From assembly GCA_017482195.1 (NCBI GenBank), contig JAFUNM010000046.1:1931-65930 (forward strand): DNA of 64,000 bases, in the 5' to 3' direction. Source of the stretch: Clostridia bacterium (GTDB lineage: Bacteria; Bacillota; Clostridia; Oscillospirales; QAKW01). Below, one piece after another: positions 62,803 to 64,000 of this stretch; the stretch's first letter is position 1; every line of letters starts with the position of its first letter. The position numbers and the translations under genes are program-made. The notes beneath the pieces were generated by a model. That model did no database searches. It was not told the DNA's origin and saw only the letters and a program-made list of their open reading frames with translations.

Positions 62803-64000
62803 AGCTGATAGTATTTTCCTTTTTCGGCGATCAGCTTTTCATGATTGCCGCGTTCAATGATCCGACCTTGCTCTAAGACCATGATCACATCGGAGTTACG
62901 AACGGTGGACAGGCGGTGGGCAATGATAAAGACCGTTCTGCCCTTCATCAGCCGATCCATACCCTGCTGTACCAAGGCCTCGGTGCGGGTATCGATAGAG
63001 GAGGTAGCCTCGTCCATGATCATCACCGGAGGATCAGCAACAGCAGCTCTCGCGATGGACAGCAGCTGACGCTGGCCCTGGGAAAGGTTGGCACCGTTGG
63101 CGGTGAGCATGGTATTATAACCGTCGGGCAGGCGGCGGATGAAATTATCCGCATTGGCCAGTTTAGCGGCGGCGATACACTCCTCATCGGTGGCATCCAG
63201 TTTTCCGTAGCGGATATTCTCCATAACCGTTCCGGTAAAGAGGTTGGTATCCTGCAGCACCATGCCGAGGGAACGGCGGAGATCAGCCTTTTTGATCTTA
63301 TTGATATTGATTACATCGTAAAGGATCTTCCCGTCTGCAATATCATAGAAGCGATTGATCAGATTGGTGATGGTGGTCTTACCGGCACCGGTTGCGCCAA
63401 CAAACGCCACTTTCTGTCCGGGTTCGGCATAAAGAGTCACATCATGAAGAACGATCTTCTCCGGCACATAGCCGAAATCCACATGATCCAGCACCACATC
63501 ACCGGCCAGTTTCGTATAGGTGACAGAGCCATCGGCCTGATGGGGATGCTTCCATGCCCACATGCCGGTGCGTTCCTTGCATTCGATGATCTTACCGTCC
63601 TCTTCCCTGCAGTTGACCAAAGCCACATAGCCTTCATCGGTCTCCGGCTGCTCATCCATCAGGGCAAAGAGACGGGCAGCACCGGCCTGAGCCATGACCA
63701 CCGCATTGACCTGCTGAGAGATCTGGGAAATGTTTCCGGTGAATTGCTTCGTCATATTCAAAAAAGGAACCACAGCCGCCAAGGTCAGCGGCAGACCGGA
63801 AAAGGACAGATTAGGAACGCCCAGAATCATCAGTGCGCCGCCCAGGATGGCCACAGCTACATACAGAACATTACCGATATTGGACAAAATGGGCATCAGC
63901 ATATTGGCAAAGCGGTTCGCACTTTCGGCATCCTTGAAGAGCTGCTCATTGAGGCGGTCGAAATCCTTTTTGCTCTCCTCCTCATGGCAAAAGACCTGAA
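62775..64000 (-). CDS. ABC exporter, fused permease/ATPase (N-terminus beyond window end)
   Basis: Walker A GATGAGKTT, signature LSQGQRQLL and Walker B VMIMDEATSSID are present. The frame stays open upstream of the ORF-track Met to the window edge (...KDFDRLNEQLFKDAESANRFANMLMPIL...). Confidence 0.9.
   Translation of the reverse strand, partial: QVFCHEEESKKDFDRLNEQLFKDAESANRFANMLMPILSNIGNVLYVAVAILGGALMILGVPNLSFSGLPLTLAAVVPFLNMTKQFTGNISQISQQVNAVVMAQAGAARLFALMDEQPETDEGYVALVNCREEDGKIIECKERTGMWAWKHPHQADGSVTYTKLAGDVVLDHVDFGYVPEKIVLHDVTLYAEPGQKVAFVGATGAGKTTITNLINRFYDIADGKILYDVININKIKKADLRRSLGMVLQDTNLFTGTVMENIRYGKLDATDEECIAAAKLANADNFIRRLPDGYNTMLTANGANLSQGQRQLLSIARAAVADPPVMIMDEATSSIDTRTEALVQQGMDRLMKGRTVFIIAHRLSTVRNSDVIMVLEQGRIIERGNHEKLIAEKGKYYQLYTGAFELE

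Overview
This is a chromosomal window from a spore-forming Clostridia-type Firmicute, indicated by Spo0A, dipicolinate synthase DpaAB and a SpoIVFB-like M50 protease. Most of it is housekeeping. It includes an amino-acid ABC transporter, a YhaO/YhaN-type nuclease/ATPase pair, Asp23/YloV, an L-box-controlled NhaC transporter, PerR-rubrerythrin and CIRCE-htpG. It also includes a TAXI-TRAP transporter, the radical-SAM TIGR03960/TIGR03936 pair, two tRNAs, cca, secG, rsmE-prmA-hemW-lepA and prfB. Accessory content consists of four things. (1) A roughly 7.3 kb sortase-anchored VWA/pilin-isopeptide-repeat adhesin gene split by a 1-nt frameshift, sitting behind a TetR gene. (2) A beta-glucuronidase plus a complete glucuronate-to-KDPG operon with an AraC regulator. 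(3) A BNR/sialidase-like gene interrupted by one in-frame TGA. (4) Five paralogous mini XRE-HTH genes, which I consider the most unusual content. Each XRE gene is paired divergently with a tiny partner ORF (two partner classes) across a promoter bracketed by cassette-specific repeats. The cassettes are scattered between housekeeping operons with no phage, integrase, toxin or cargo genes nearby. Two of them are in tandem and joined by a 58-nt near-identical repeat. A GC-rich multi-hairpin element of about 160 bp next to tRNA-Ser is unexplained. I saw no CRISPR array, IS element, integrase or prophage. All calls rest on reading motifs in the translated ORFs and the DNA by eye; no database search was possible.
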